Assembly: GCA_019058015.1 (NCBI GenBank)
Contig: JAHLWH010000099.1
Span: 1 to 20,389, forward strand
DNA: 20,389 bases
From: Promethearchaeota archaeon
GTDB lineage: Archaea; Asgardarchaeota; Lokiarchaeia; Sigyniarchaeales; SOKP01
Direction: 5' to 3'
The notes below the pieces were generated by a model. It saw only the letters and a list, made by a program, of their open reading frames with translations, was not told the DNA's origin and did no database searches. Positions 1 to 7,803 of the stretch are shown here, in pieces; position 1 is the stretch's first letter, and the number at the start of each line of letters is the position of its first letter. Both the position numbers and the translations under genes were made by a program.

Positions 1-212
1 ATATAGAGGCTCGAATTCCCTTCTCAATGCAGACGTAAATGGAGCATTAAATATCCACAGAAAAGTAGTCGGAGCTGCTTTTATTCAAAATCTAGCCGAT
101 AGAAGCTGCTGGTTTCAGCCTGTGCGAATAAGGGATTTGTTCCAAACTTCGCATGAACAATTTTTATTAAAAACTGCTAACATTTCTTAACATTTTTAAT
201 AATTTTGATAAC
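1..212 (+). mobile_element. Right end of a TnpB-carrying IS, with probable omegaRNA scaffold
   Basis: TnpB 3' end plus hairpins gctg/cagc (108-119), ttgttc/gaacaa (137-160) and ttattaaaaa/tttttaataa (164-202). The boundary near 212 is a guess. Confidence 0.5.
2..190 (+). CDS. tnpB: TnpB (IS200/IS605 or IS607 family RNA-guided nuclease), C-terminal part, truncated by the window edge
   Basis: Frame 2 reads YRGSNSLLNADVNGALNIHRKVVGAAFIQNLADRSCWFQPVRIRDLFQTSHEQFLLKTANIS*. NADVNGALNI is the RuvC-III motif of TnpB/Cas12f. Not in the ORF track. Confidence 0.85.
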   Translation, partial: YRGSNSLLNADVNGALNIHRKVVGAAFIQNLADRSCWFQPVRIRDLFQTSHEQFLLKTANIS

Positions 213-393
213 CTACTACACCTGTATTAAAAAAGAATTTTATTTTTTTTCTTAGGAGAATCTAAAAATAAAAGAATATTCTTATTTTTAAATTAGTCAT
301 TTAATAAAATCAAATAATGTAAATGATTTTTCAAGAAATTGGAAAAAACATCATTTATAATTAAAATTAACTGTAAAAAAAAGTTGAAATTAA

Positions 394-1557
394 ATGGAAT
401 GTAGAGAAAGAGTCCTTACTACTCTAAATTTAGAAGAACCAGACAGAGTCCCAACACATATAATTGCATTAGACGCAAATAATGTAGATAAGATCCTAGG
501 GAAACCACAAATGACTGATTTCGACTTGATTGAACAAATGAAGCGTGATAATCCCGATAATTGGATAGAAGAATTAAATAATTTAGTTGAAAGTGTAGAG
601 ACATCAATTTTTTCTCGAATGGTGGAAGCATCTGCTGAAATAGGTCTTGATGCAATGCAAGTGGGTATTCTTCCTTTTAAATTTATAAATGAGCATGAAA
701 TGAGTGATGTCTTTGGACGAATCTGGGAAGTGATGAACAATGAAGGCAATTTCTTTCCATTCTATAAATATGGAACTCTAAATTCGCTCGAAAAATGGGA
801 AGTGCTCAAGAAAGATTTAGAAGAGACTTTAACAGATAAATATTGTAAGATGGCCAAAAAATTTTATAGGCGAATTAATAAAAAACATAAGGATAAGATT
901 TTCGTGTTTGTAACTAACGATTTAGCAGGTATTTTTGAGTCAGTATGGCAAGGAATGGGAATTGAGTATTTTTCAAAGCAACTCCATAAGAATCCGAGTT
1001 TTATTAAAGAAGTATATGATGTTTATGCTGATTTTAACATTGCTTTAGCTAACACTTATATGGATGTAGGTATGGAGGTTTGGATTGAATCAGGAGATTT
1101 AGCGTACAGAACTGGTCCAATGATGTCACCGAAAAGATTTAATGATTTGCTTTTACCTGCTTATAAGAAATTAGTGAATGCAATTCATGAACGAGGGCAA
1201 AAAATTGTACTTCATACCGATGGTCAAATTACACCTTTATTAGATTTTACAGTAAGCTGTGGTTTCGATGGCCTTCATGCGCTCGAACCAACTGCGGGAG
1301 TTGATTTGGCATTAGTTAAGAAAAAGGTAGGGGACAAACTCTGTCTTTTAGGAAATGTTGATATCTCACATGTGCTAACAGCGAATGGAACAAAAGAAGA
1401 TGTAGAATCTTGGGTTAAAAATGCCATTAAAACAGCGGGTCCCGGTGGAGGTTATATTTGCTCTGCTACTAATATGCATCCCGGTGTTGAACCACGAAAT
1501 CTAAAATGGATGGTTGAAGCAGCTAAAAAATTTGGAACCTATCCGCTTAATTTATAA
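394..1557 (+). CDS. Uroporphyrinogen decarboxylase / MtaA-CmuA methyltransferase family protein
   Basis: N-terminal RERVLTTLNLEEPDRVP, GDLAYRTGPMMSP, LHTDG, LCLLGNVD and GPGGGYICS motifs typical of the URO-D-like family; 387 aa. Confidence 0.85.
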   Translation: MECRERVLTTLNLEEPDRVPTHIIALDANNVDKILGKPQMTDFDLIEQMKRDNPDNWIEELNNLVESVETSIFSRMVEASAEIGLDAMQVGILPFKFINEHEMSDVFGRIWEVMNNEGNFFPFYKYGTLNSLEKWEVLKKDLEETLTDKYCKMAKKFYRRINKKHKDKIFVFVTNDLAGIFESVWQGMGIEYFSKQLHKNPSFIKEVYDVYADFNIALANTYMDVGMEVWIESGDLAYRTGPMMSPKRFNDLLLPAYKKLVNAIHERGQKIVLHTDGQITPLLDFTVSCGFDGLHALEPTAGVDLALVKKKVGDKLCLLGNVDISHVLTANGTKEDVESWVKNAIKTAGPGGGYICSATNMHPGVEPRNLKWMVEAAKKFGTYPLNL

Positions 1558-1617
1558 TTAGGTTGGGTTTTTTGAATAAAATTTTTTTATTTAAAATAAC
1601 AAATTTTTATCCGTACA

Positions 1618-2034
1618 TTATTGTTCCCAATGCATGAACATTCCTGGCATATCTGGAGATCGTTCGATGAATCCATACTTTTTATAAAACTTAGAAACTC
1701 CCTCCGCTGCCATTAAACCAATAAAAGAATTGGTGTAAACATGTTCCTTAAAATAATCCATGATGGCATTCATAATGCGTTTGCCAATTCCTTTTCTTTG
1801 ATACTCAGGCAATACTATTACATCTTGAATATAGAAATAAATAGCCCCATCTCCAATTATTCTCCCACATCCAATAACTTCATTATTGAGGATAACACAT
1901 ATCGAAAAAAGGGAGTTATTTAAACCGATTTCGACTGCCTTAGGCTCTTTTTTCCCCCATCCAACAGCCTTTCGAAGTTTTTGGTATATTTCTACAGTCG
2001 GTAAGCGTTCAACTAAAATATATTTATCACTCAT
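1618..2034 (-). CDS. GNAT family N-acetyltransferase
   Basis: IGCGRIIGDG, IQDVIVLPEYQRKGIG (acetyl-CoA binding) and FYKKYGF motifs. Start placed at ATG 2034 (MSDKY) rather than the track's 2064. Confidence 0.9.
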   Translation of the reverse strand: MSDKYILVERLPTVEIYQKLRKAVGWGKKEPKAVEIGLNNSLFSICVILNNEVIGCGRIIGDGAIYFYIQDVIVLPEYQRKGIGKRIMNAIMDYFKEHVYTNSFIGLMAAEGVSKFYKKYGFIERSPDMPGMFMHWEQ

Positions 2035-2160
2035 ATTTATTATCATTTTCCAAAGAATTTGCAACTATGATTTATTATTATAGTATATTTAAATTTTAAA
2101 AGATTCTATAGTAATTAAATTACGATGACTTAGAAATTTAACAACATACAAAAATAAAGT

Positions 2161-3033
2161 TTGATACAACATATAAATATTCTAACAACGGGTGGAATTC
2201 CTATTCTTTTCCGAAATTACGGAGAAGCAGAAGTTAGTGAGGATTTAATTGCAGGTTTCATAAGTTCTATCTCGAATTTTTTTTCACATATTAACCATTC
2301 AAAAATAAAATCTAGTGAAACTGAAGATAATAAATATTTCTATAAATCTACACAAGAAATAATATTTGTAGTAGGTGCAGATAAAAGTGATGATGATTAT
2401 GGAGTTATTAATAAACTGCAATTAATCTCTGAGAAATTTTTAGACAGATATGGAGATTTATTTCGAAAAAAAAAATGACGTGGTGATAGCACAACTTTTA
2501 GGGACTTTTTTGGAGTGCTTGATAACATTATAATGGATTCAATAAAAATTTCGATAATTGGATTCGATGGAGTCGGAAAAACAACTCTACTTCATTTAAT
2601 TTGTGGCAAGGACATAAATTTAGAATATCGACCAACAATTGCCACAGATATTGCTATCTATGATGGTTTGGGTGGAAATACGGAAGTTATTTTTTGGGAT
2701 TTCGCTGGTCAGAAAAATTTTCGCAGTCTATGGAAGAATTTATTAATTAATACAAAAATTGCCTTGCTCGTTACAGATTCCACTTATGAGAACATAAATG
2801 GTGCAAAGCAAATTATTCATGATATACTAGATAAATATTATAAAGATACTTTAATTATTGGGATTGCAAATAAACAAGATTTAGATATTAGATTAACCCC
2901 TGATTTTTGTGAAAAATTACTTTCCACAGATACAAGAAAAATAAAAACTCATGGTATGGTTGCTATTGACCCTATGTATCGTGAAAAAATTTATAAGATT
3001 TTAAGAAATGCAATTAATAAGATTGAGAAATAA
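2161..3033 (+). pseudogene. Longin-like domain fused to an Arf/Rab-like small GTPase, interrupted by an in-frame TGA at 2476-2478
   Basis: ORFs 2161-2478 and 2515-3033 share a frame and are separated only by one TGA (FRKKK*RGDSTTFRDFFGVLDNII). The N-part is longin-like (ILTTGGIPILFRNY, LIAGFISSI). The C-part has G1 GFDGVGKTT, G3 WDFAGQ and G4 NKQD. Confidence 0.75.
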
Positions 3034-3114
3034 TGAATTAGACTAAATCATCATTAGATGATAAAAATTTGCTATAAGTAAAAATTTATATTTCTTTTTA
3101 TAGTAATTCAATAT

Positions 3115-3253
3115 ATGGATAAAATTGACATTGCAATATCTATGACTTTAATGGGTAATTCCAGAATCCCATATCAAAAACTAGCCGAAATGTTCAAGAT
3201 GTCGGTCAATTCAATCCATAAACGTATAAAATCCATGGTCAATTTGGGTATAG
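3115..3253 (+). pseudogene. Truncated Lrp/AsnC HTH regulator, paralog fragment of 4324-5250
   Basis: MDKIDIAISMTLMGNSRIPYQKLAEMFKMSVNSIHKRIKSMVNLGI aligns with the first 46 aa of the 4324 gene; homology then ends abruptly. Confidence 0.85.
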
Positions 3254-3391
3254 TTTGTAAGATTAATGAAAAAATCAAGGATAAAGTAAAAAATGCTAGT
3301 AAAATCTAACACACAAAATAAACCTGAGGATATTATCGATCCCGATAATAACTCAGCAATAATCATCAAAGATCTCGTAAAACAATTTGAA
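3250..3391 (+). pseudogene. Remnant of an ABC ATPase 5' end and upstream spacer, paralog of 5747-5897
   Basis: From ATG 3293: MLVKSNTQNKPEDIIDPDNNSAIIIKDLVKQFE versus MSSKSNIKDKPQKPEDIFDPNNNSAIIIKDLVKQFE at 5790. The DNA is near-identical (aataactcagcaataat.atcaaagatctcgtaaaacaatttgaa). Confidence 0.85.
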
Positions 3392-3825
3392 AACCTTTCC
3401 ATTAAGGAGAATATATGAACATGCTGTAGATGCTTGGTTAAATGCAGTTAAATCAGTAGATAATGGAATTGAACCTAAAGATGTTGATGCATGCTATGTT
3501 GGAAATTATTCGGCTGATTTATTCAATCATCAAGGTCATTTAGGTCCTATGATTTCTAGTCTTTTTGGGCTAAATCCAAAACCTGCACCGAGATTTGAAG
3601 GAGCCTGTGCAAGTAGTGGAGTCGCCTTCAGACAAGCAATAATAACAATCGCTTCTGGGTTAATGGATGTGATTTGTGTTTGTGGAATTGAAGTTATGAA
3701 TGAAGAACCTACATCGGTTTTTATGAGAAAGGGAAAGCAGTTGAAGCTATAAAAAAAACAAAGAAAGTTATAGAGAGATGGCGCTAAACCTATAAATATT
3801 TCTGGAGGAAAAATAAAAGGAAAGG
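3392..3825 (+). pseudogene. Thiolase (SCP2/acetyl-CoA acetyltransferase-like) remnant with internal deletions and frameshifts
   Basis: DACYVGNYS...HQGHLGP...RFEGACASSGVAFRQA...CGIEVM (N-terminal domain). Other frames then give GFYEKGKAVEAI and RDGAKPINISGG (C-terminal domain). The N-terminus, the middle and the GHP motif are missing. Confidence 0.8.
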
Positions 3826-3835
3826 AGGTAAAAAA

Positions 3836-4261
3836 ATGAGCGAAAATGAAAATGAAATAACGGTAAATAATTATTTAAAGTATCTCTCAGAAGGAAAATT
3901 AATGGGCTCTAAATGTAAGAATTGTGGGCATATTGATGTTCCTGCTAGAAAAATGTGCAGTAAATGCTTAAAACCAGAGACAGAATGGATAGAAATGTCA
4001 GGAAAAGGAAAACTTGCTGCATTTTCTAGTATTCATGTAGGAACACCCTATTTTGAGAAGAAAGGCTATAATAGAAAAAAACCGTATGTTTTTAGTATCA
4101 TTGAACTAGATGAAGGTCCAATGGTCTCCGCACAATTAGTCGGTGTTGATGAATTACATCCGGAATTAATTAAAGTTGGAACACCAGTTAAGGTAAAATT
4201 TCTAAATATAAAAGTTGAAGGGCTCCCTGAAAAGGTTGATCTAAGATTTGAACCAGTCTAA
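3836..4261 (+). CDS. DUF35 Zn-ribbon/OB-fold protein (thiolase partner)
   Basis: GKLMGSKCKNCG...PARKMCSKC and IIELDEGPMV; follows the thiolase remnant; SD-like aggaggt upstream. Confidence 0.9.
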   Translation: MSENENEITVNNYLKYLSEGKLMGSKCKNCGHIDVPARKMCSKCLKPETEWIEMSGKGKLAAFSSIHVGTPYFEKKGYNRKKPYVFSIIELDEGPMVSAQLVGVDELHPELIKVGTPVKVKFLNIKVEGLPEKVDLRFEPV

Positions 4262-4323
4262 ATTCTCAATAAATGTAAAAATTACATATATTTTTTTATA
4301 TTTCTTTCCCTTTTTATTTTTGT

Positions 4324-5250
4324 ATGGATGAAATAGATTTTTCAATATGCATGATGTTGATGTGGAATTCTAGAATTCCGTATCGAGAATTAGCTGAAAC
4401 CTTCAACATGAGCGTCAATTCCATCCATAAACGTATAAAATCCATGGTTAATATGGGTATCATCCAAAATTTTAACACAAAAATTAGTGGGGCATATTTA
4501 AAAGTTATTAATGTAGTTATGTTTGGGATATCAAAGGCAAAAAATCGAGATGAACTATTAGAAAAACTCGGTGAGAAAGAATATATCTATAATGCTACTT
4601 ATGCGAGTGGTAATTTAATTTATATCCACGCTTTTATTCGAAATTTAAATGAATTAGATTCCTTAGTTTCATTTGTAAGAAAGGAAGGTGAAATTAATGA
4701 ACTTACCGTGGGTTTGGATAGCAATTCTCCAAGTAGTGGTTTGGAGGATTTTGGAGATATCTCATTTTCTGAGTTAGATTTTTTGATTATTAATGCCTTG
4801 AAGAATAATTCACGAAAGACCGTATCTGATATAGCATACGAGGTCGGGATTTCTACGAAAACCGTTACACGCCATTTAAACCGATTAATAGAGAGAAAAC
4901 TTATAGAGTTTAGCATCGATTGGTACCCTGATAAATCTGCAATAGTAATGTCCATCATTAATTTACAATTGAATCCTAGCGCCAATGTTGATAAGTTGAA
5001 GTTGATAGAAGAGTTTCGTGTAAAATTCGGTAATAAAGTATTATTTTCATGGATTTTTAGTAATTTGCCAAATACGATGCTTGTATTGGTTTGGACTAAT
5101 AAAATGCAAGAACTTCAAGAATTAGAAACATCTTTAAGGTCTGAGACTATCGATTCGGTAAATGTGACTGTATTACTCAAAGGTATGATGTTTTCTACAT
5201 GGCAAGATAAATATCTTGAAGAAAAAATTAAGAAAATTGAGGGCAAATAA
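4324..5250 (+). CDS. Lrp/AsnC family transcriptional regulator with two HTH modules
   Basis: Two wHTH units: NSRIPYRELAETFNMSVNSIHKRI and NSRKTVSDIAYEVGISTKTVTRHL. Confidence 0.85.
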   Translation: MDEIDFSICMMLMWNSRIPYRELAETFNMSVNSIHKRIKSMVNMGIIQNFNTKISGAYLKVINVVMFGISKAKNRDELLEKLGEKEYIYNATYASGNLIYIHAFIRNLNELDSLVSFVRKEGEINELTVGLDSNSPSSGLEDFGDISFSELDFLIINALKNNSRKTVSDIAYEVGISTKTVTRHLNRLIERKLIEFSIDWYPDKSAIVMSIINLQLNPSANVDKLKLIEEFRVKFGNKVLFSWIFSNLPNTMLVLVWTNKMQELQELETSLRSETIDSVNVTVLLKGMMFSTWQDKYLEEKIKKIEGK

Positions 5251-5421
5251 AAATAAACGTTTTTTTATAGGATACTATTCTTCACCTACTAAGCTTTAAA
5301 ATGGGTACAAATGGTCTAAAAATTATTTAAATACGAAATTTTATAATCTTAATTTAAAACGTATAGTGAATTATTAAAATGATTTCGTGTCAAAATTCAT
5401 ATTTTAATGTGTATAGTTTTT

Positions 5422-5435
5422 CACCCGATCGGGTG
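5422..5435. promoter_or_regulatory. Perfect 14-bp palindrome CACCCGATCGGGTG, candidate operator
   Basis: GC-rich perfect inverted repeat in an AT-rich intergenic region upstream of the ABC operon; extra CACCC half-sites at 5442-5446 and 5475-5479. Confidence 0.55.
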
Positions 5436-5579
5436 TTGAATCACCCAATTTTTATGTTTTTCTTTCCCATTTTACACCCAAGCATATAGCGTCAAAATAA
5501 TAAACAATTCAAGAAATAATTATTTCAGAGAATAACTCTCGGTAATAGAAATAATATGAAAAAAAAGGTGATAAAAAAT

Positions 5580-5750
5580 ATGGATGTTAAGGAAAATATT
5601 TTAGCAATAATCTGTTATGCTATTGCTTTAGCTATGGGAATTGTAAGTATAGTACTTAGTATTATTGGAGAACCTATTGATGTTATACTGCTTGGCATAG
5701 GTGTGGCTGCTTTGGGATTAGCTGGACTAGATTCTATTGATAAAGAATAG
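5580..5750 (+). CDS. Small membrane protein with two TM helices
   Basis: Two hydrophobic stretches (ILAIICYAIALAMGIVSIVLSII; VILLGIGVAALGLAGL). An aggtga SD-like site precedes ATG 5580; alternative start at 5556. Confidence 0.75.
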   Translation: MDVKENILAIICYAIALAMGIVSIVLSIIGEPIDVILLGIGVAALGLAGLDSIDKE

Positions 5751-5789
5751 TTTATGAGATTATTGATAAAATCATGGAGTAGATAAAAA

Positions 5790-6596
5790 ATGTCATCAAA
5801 ATCAAACATTAAAGATAAACCACAAAAACCTGAGGATATATTCGATCCAAATAATAACTCAGCAATAATAATCAAAGATCTCGTAAAACAATTTGAAGAC
5901 GTTACCGCCGTCAATGGATTGAACCTTGAAATAAAAAAAGGCGAACTTTTTGGCCTTTTGGGACCTAATGGTGCCGGTAAGACTACAACAATAAATGTAC
6001 TTTGTGGGTTATTAAAACCAACAAAAGGAACTGCTATTGTTGGTGGTTATGATGTAAGAAAAAATCTAAAAAAGGTTAAAGAGTTAATTGGTGTATGCCC
6101 CCAAGAACCTGCAGTTTTTAAATTTCTAAATGCTAGGGAAAATATAGAACTCTTCGGAAATCTACACGCAATGCCTAAGAAAAAAATAAAAGAACGTACT
6201 GATAAACTTTTAGAATTATTAGACTTAACTGAAGCCAGTAAAAGGAAGACAAAAGGTTATAGTGGAGGCATGCGTAGAAAATTAAATATGATAATAGCAT
6301 TAATCAGCGATCCAGAAATTGCATTTCTTGATGAACCTACGGTAGGAATGGATCCTCGTGTCCGTCGTTCAACTTGGGAATTTATTGGTTCCCTCAAAAA
6401 TCAAAATAAAACAGTTATCCTAACAACTCATTATATCGAAGAAGCGGAAGCTCTCAGTGATAGAGTAGGTATTATTGATTATGGAGAACTGATAGCACTT
6501 GGATCTCCTAAAGAATTAATGGAAAAGTATGAATCTAAAAATTTAGAGGAGGTTTTTATGAAAATAACTGGTAGAAGAATAGTGGAGGGAATATAA
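5790..6596 (+). CDS. ABC transporter ATP-binding protein (DrrA/ABC-2 type)
   Basis: Walker A GPNGAGKTT, signature YSGGM, Walker B IAFLDEPT, H-loop LTTHY. Confidence 0.95.
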   Translation: MSSKSNIKDKPQKPEDIFDPNNNSAIIIKDLVKQFEDVTAVNGLNLEIKKGELFGLLGPNGAGKTTTINVLCGLLKPTKGTAIVGGYDVRKNLKKVKELIGVCPQEPAVFKFLNARENIELFGNLHAMPKKKIKERTDKLLELLDLTEASKRKTKGYSGGMRRKLNMIIALISDPEIAFLDEPTVGMDPRVRRSTWEFIGSLKNQNKTVILTTHYIEEAEALSDRVGIIDYGELIALGSPKELMEKYESKNLEEVFMKITGRRIVEGI

Positions 6597-6597
6597 A

Positions 6598-7338
6598 ATG
6601 AATCTACAAAGAATAATGGCTCTTGTAAAAATGGAGCTGAAAAAGTTGATTAGAGAACCAGCTTATTTGTTTTTAATGCTATTGTTCCCTGCAGTCCTTA
6701 CATTAGCATTTGGAATAGCTTTTGGAGATCCTGCACTTGGAATGGATTTTAGTGTATTGACACCTGGTTTAATCTCTTATGCTTGTATTTTTATAATAAT
6801 GACCGTAGCTATGTCTTTTACTGAACAACGGGAACAAGGATTGCTAAAAAGAATTAATGTAACACCTATGACGTCTGGTGAATTCATAGGAAGCCATATG
6901 ATATCAAATATGTTTATAGCCATTTTACAAGTGGTAATAGTTTTGGTAATGGCTCTTTTTTTTGGTTTTAGACCACTCAGTGATGTTGTCGGATTTATTT
7001 TAGCATTTCTTATAATTGCATTATTTTCACTATGTTCAGTTGGATTAGGACTTATTACAGCAACAATTGCGAAAAGCGCTGGAGCCGCTACTGGAATTTC
7101 ATTCATTTTCATTCTTCCTCAGATGTTTTTTGGAACTTTTATACCAATAACCGACACCACTAGAATAATAGCAATGTTCCTCCCAAGTTATTACGTAGTA
7201 GATGCTTTAGCATCGATTTTCGGGGGCGCCCCATTAACAAGTGAAAATCTTTTGATAGATTTTGGTGTTATATCAATAGTTAGCGTTGCAATTATAATTA
7301 TTGGAATACAGTTATTTAAAAAATATGGAAATAAATAG
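6598..7338 (+). CDS. ABC-2 type transporter permease
   Basis: About six hydrophobic segments and an EQREQGLLKRINVTP motif; starts 1 nt after the ATPase stop. Confidence 0.92.
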   Translation: MNLQRIMALVKMELKKLIREPAYLFLMLLFPAVLTLAFGIAFGDPALGMDFSVLTPGLISYACIFIIMTVAMSFTEQREQGLLKRINVTPMTSGEFIGSHMISNMFIAILQVVIVLVMALFFGFRPLSDVVGFILAFLIIALFSLCSVGLGLITATIAKSAGAATGISFIFILPQMFFGTFIPITDTTRIIAMFLPSYYVVDALASIFGGAPLTSENLLIDFGVISIVSVAIIIIGIQLFKKYGNK

Positions 7339-7431
7339 AATAAAACTTGATTAAGACATTTAATGGAATAAAATTTTAAATTAATTTATTTTTTTTATTT
7401 ATTTAGCAAAATATCCTTATATTTTTTCAGT

Positions 7432-7442
7432 AAATTTATATT
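7432..7442 (+). promoter_or_regulatory. TATA-like box upstream of the candidate ncRNA
   Basis: AAATTTATATT, with TTTATA at 7435-7440, about 25 nt upstream of the AGGG at 7464-7467; this is archaeal promoter spacing. Confidence 0.45.
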
Positions 7443-7463
7443 ATTACAAGATAATAAAGTAAT

Positions 7464-7781
7464 AGGGACTCGATGACGGAGCTATTATACATTTATCGAG
7501 GACACGTACGACAAACTTATGACTATGTGTGCATAATAATGTAGACATCCTGAGTGTATAATCAGAAATTACTGCAATAGAAAATGGGCTCTTGATTGAA
7601 TGATGGAGTGTATCCAATATAATGATATGGAGCCAGTACCCAGCGTTGCAACATGGTTATTTTCCCTAATATAGCATAGAGTTTAAAGCCCTGCACGAGA
7701 GAACTTTTTTGATTTATGGAAAATCCTAAAAATGAGAAAATGTGTTAGTGTTTTGGGCTAAATCTATGCTCCCTTTTTTTT
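7464..7781 (+). ncRNA. Candidate structured non-coding RNA of about 310 nt, family not identified
   Basis: No ORF of 60 aa or more. About 37% GC versus about 12% in the upstream spacer (hand count). Many helices: 7469-7476/7493-7500, 7484-7495/7551-7562, 7502-7508/7524-7530, 7580-7587/7657-7664, 7673-7680/7763-7770, 7687-7691/7755-7759. Ends in a T8 tract. Confidence 0.6.
7774..7781 (+). terminator. Oligo-T terminator
   Basis: T8 run directly after the long 3' hairpin of the candidate RNA. Confidence 0.45.
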
Positions 7782-7803
7782 AAAAAGTTATTAAAAAGAG
7801 TGT

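Noticed and set aside
390-749. Antisense and overlapping ORFs in the track (e.g. 390-749, 419-655, 4620-4985, 6777-7112, 9823-10080, 10127-10405, 14989-15237, 17743-18591)
   Set aside because: They lie opposite well-supported genes and show no recognisable motifs; shadow ORFs.
2466-2475. A10 run as a programmed frameshift joining the longin and GTPase ORFs
   Set aside because: The two ORFs are already in the same frame; the break is a stop codon.
3031-3062. ATGA...AAA...GA after the GTPase gene as a possible eukaryote-like SECIS
   Set aside because: The stem between the putative quartet halves does not pair, and the TGA context looks like a Trp linker rather than a redox site.
3211-3402. 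Similar minus-strand ORFs at 3211-3402 and 5615-5914 (NCFTRSL.IIAELL.GS.ISSG)
   Set aside because: The similarity is only the antisense reading of the duplicated ABC ATPase 5' end.
7473-7674. Short ORFs inside the candidate RNA (MTELLYIYRGHVRQTYDYVCIIM; MMECIQYNDMEPVPSVATWLFSLI)
   Set aside because: Under 25 aa with no recognisable motif; base-pairing explains the region better.
7464-7781. Firm identification as RNase P RNA, SRP RNA, tRNA, C/D or H/ACA sRNA
   Set aside because: No canonical P4 strands, SRP helix-8 motif, cloverleaf, properly spaced C/D boxes or terminal ACA were visible; left unassigned.
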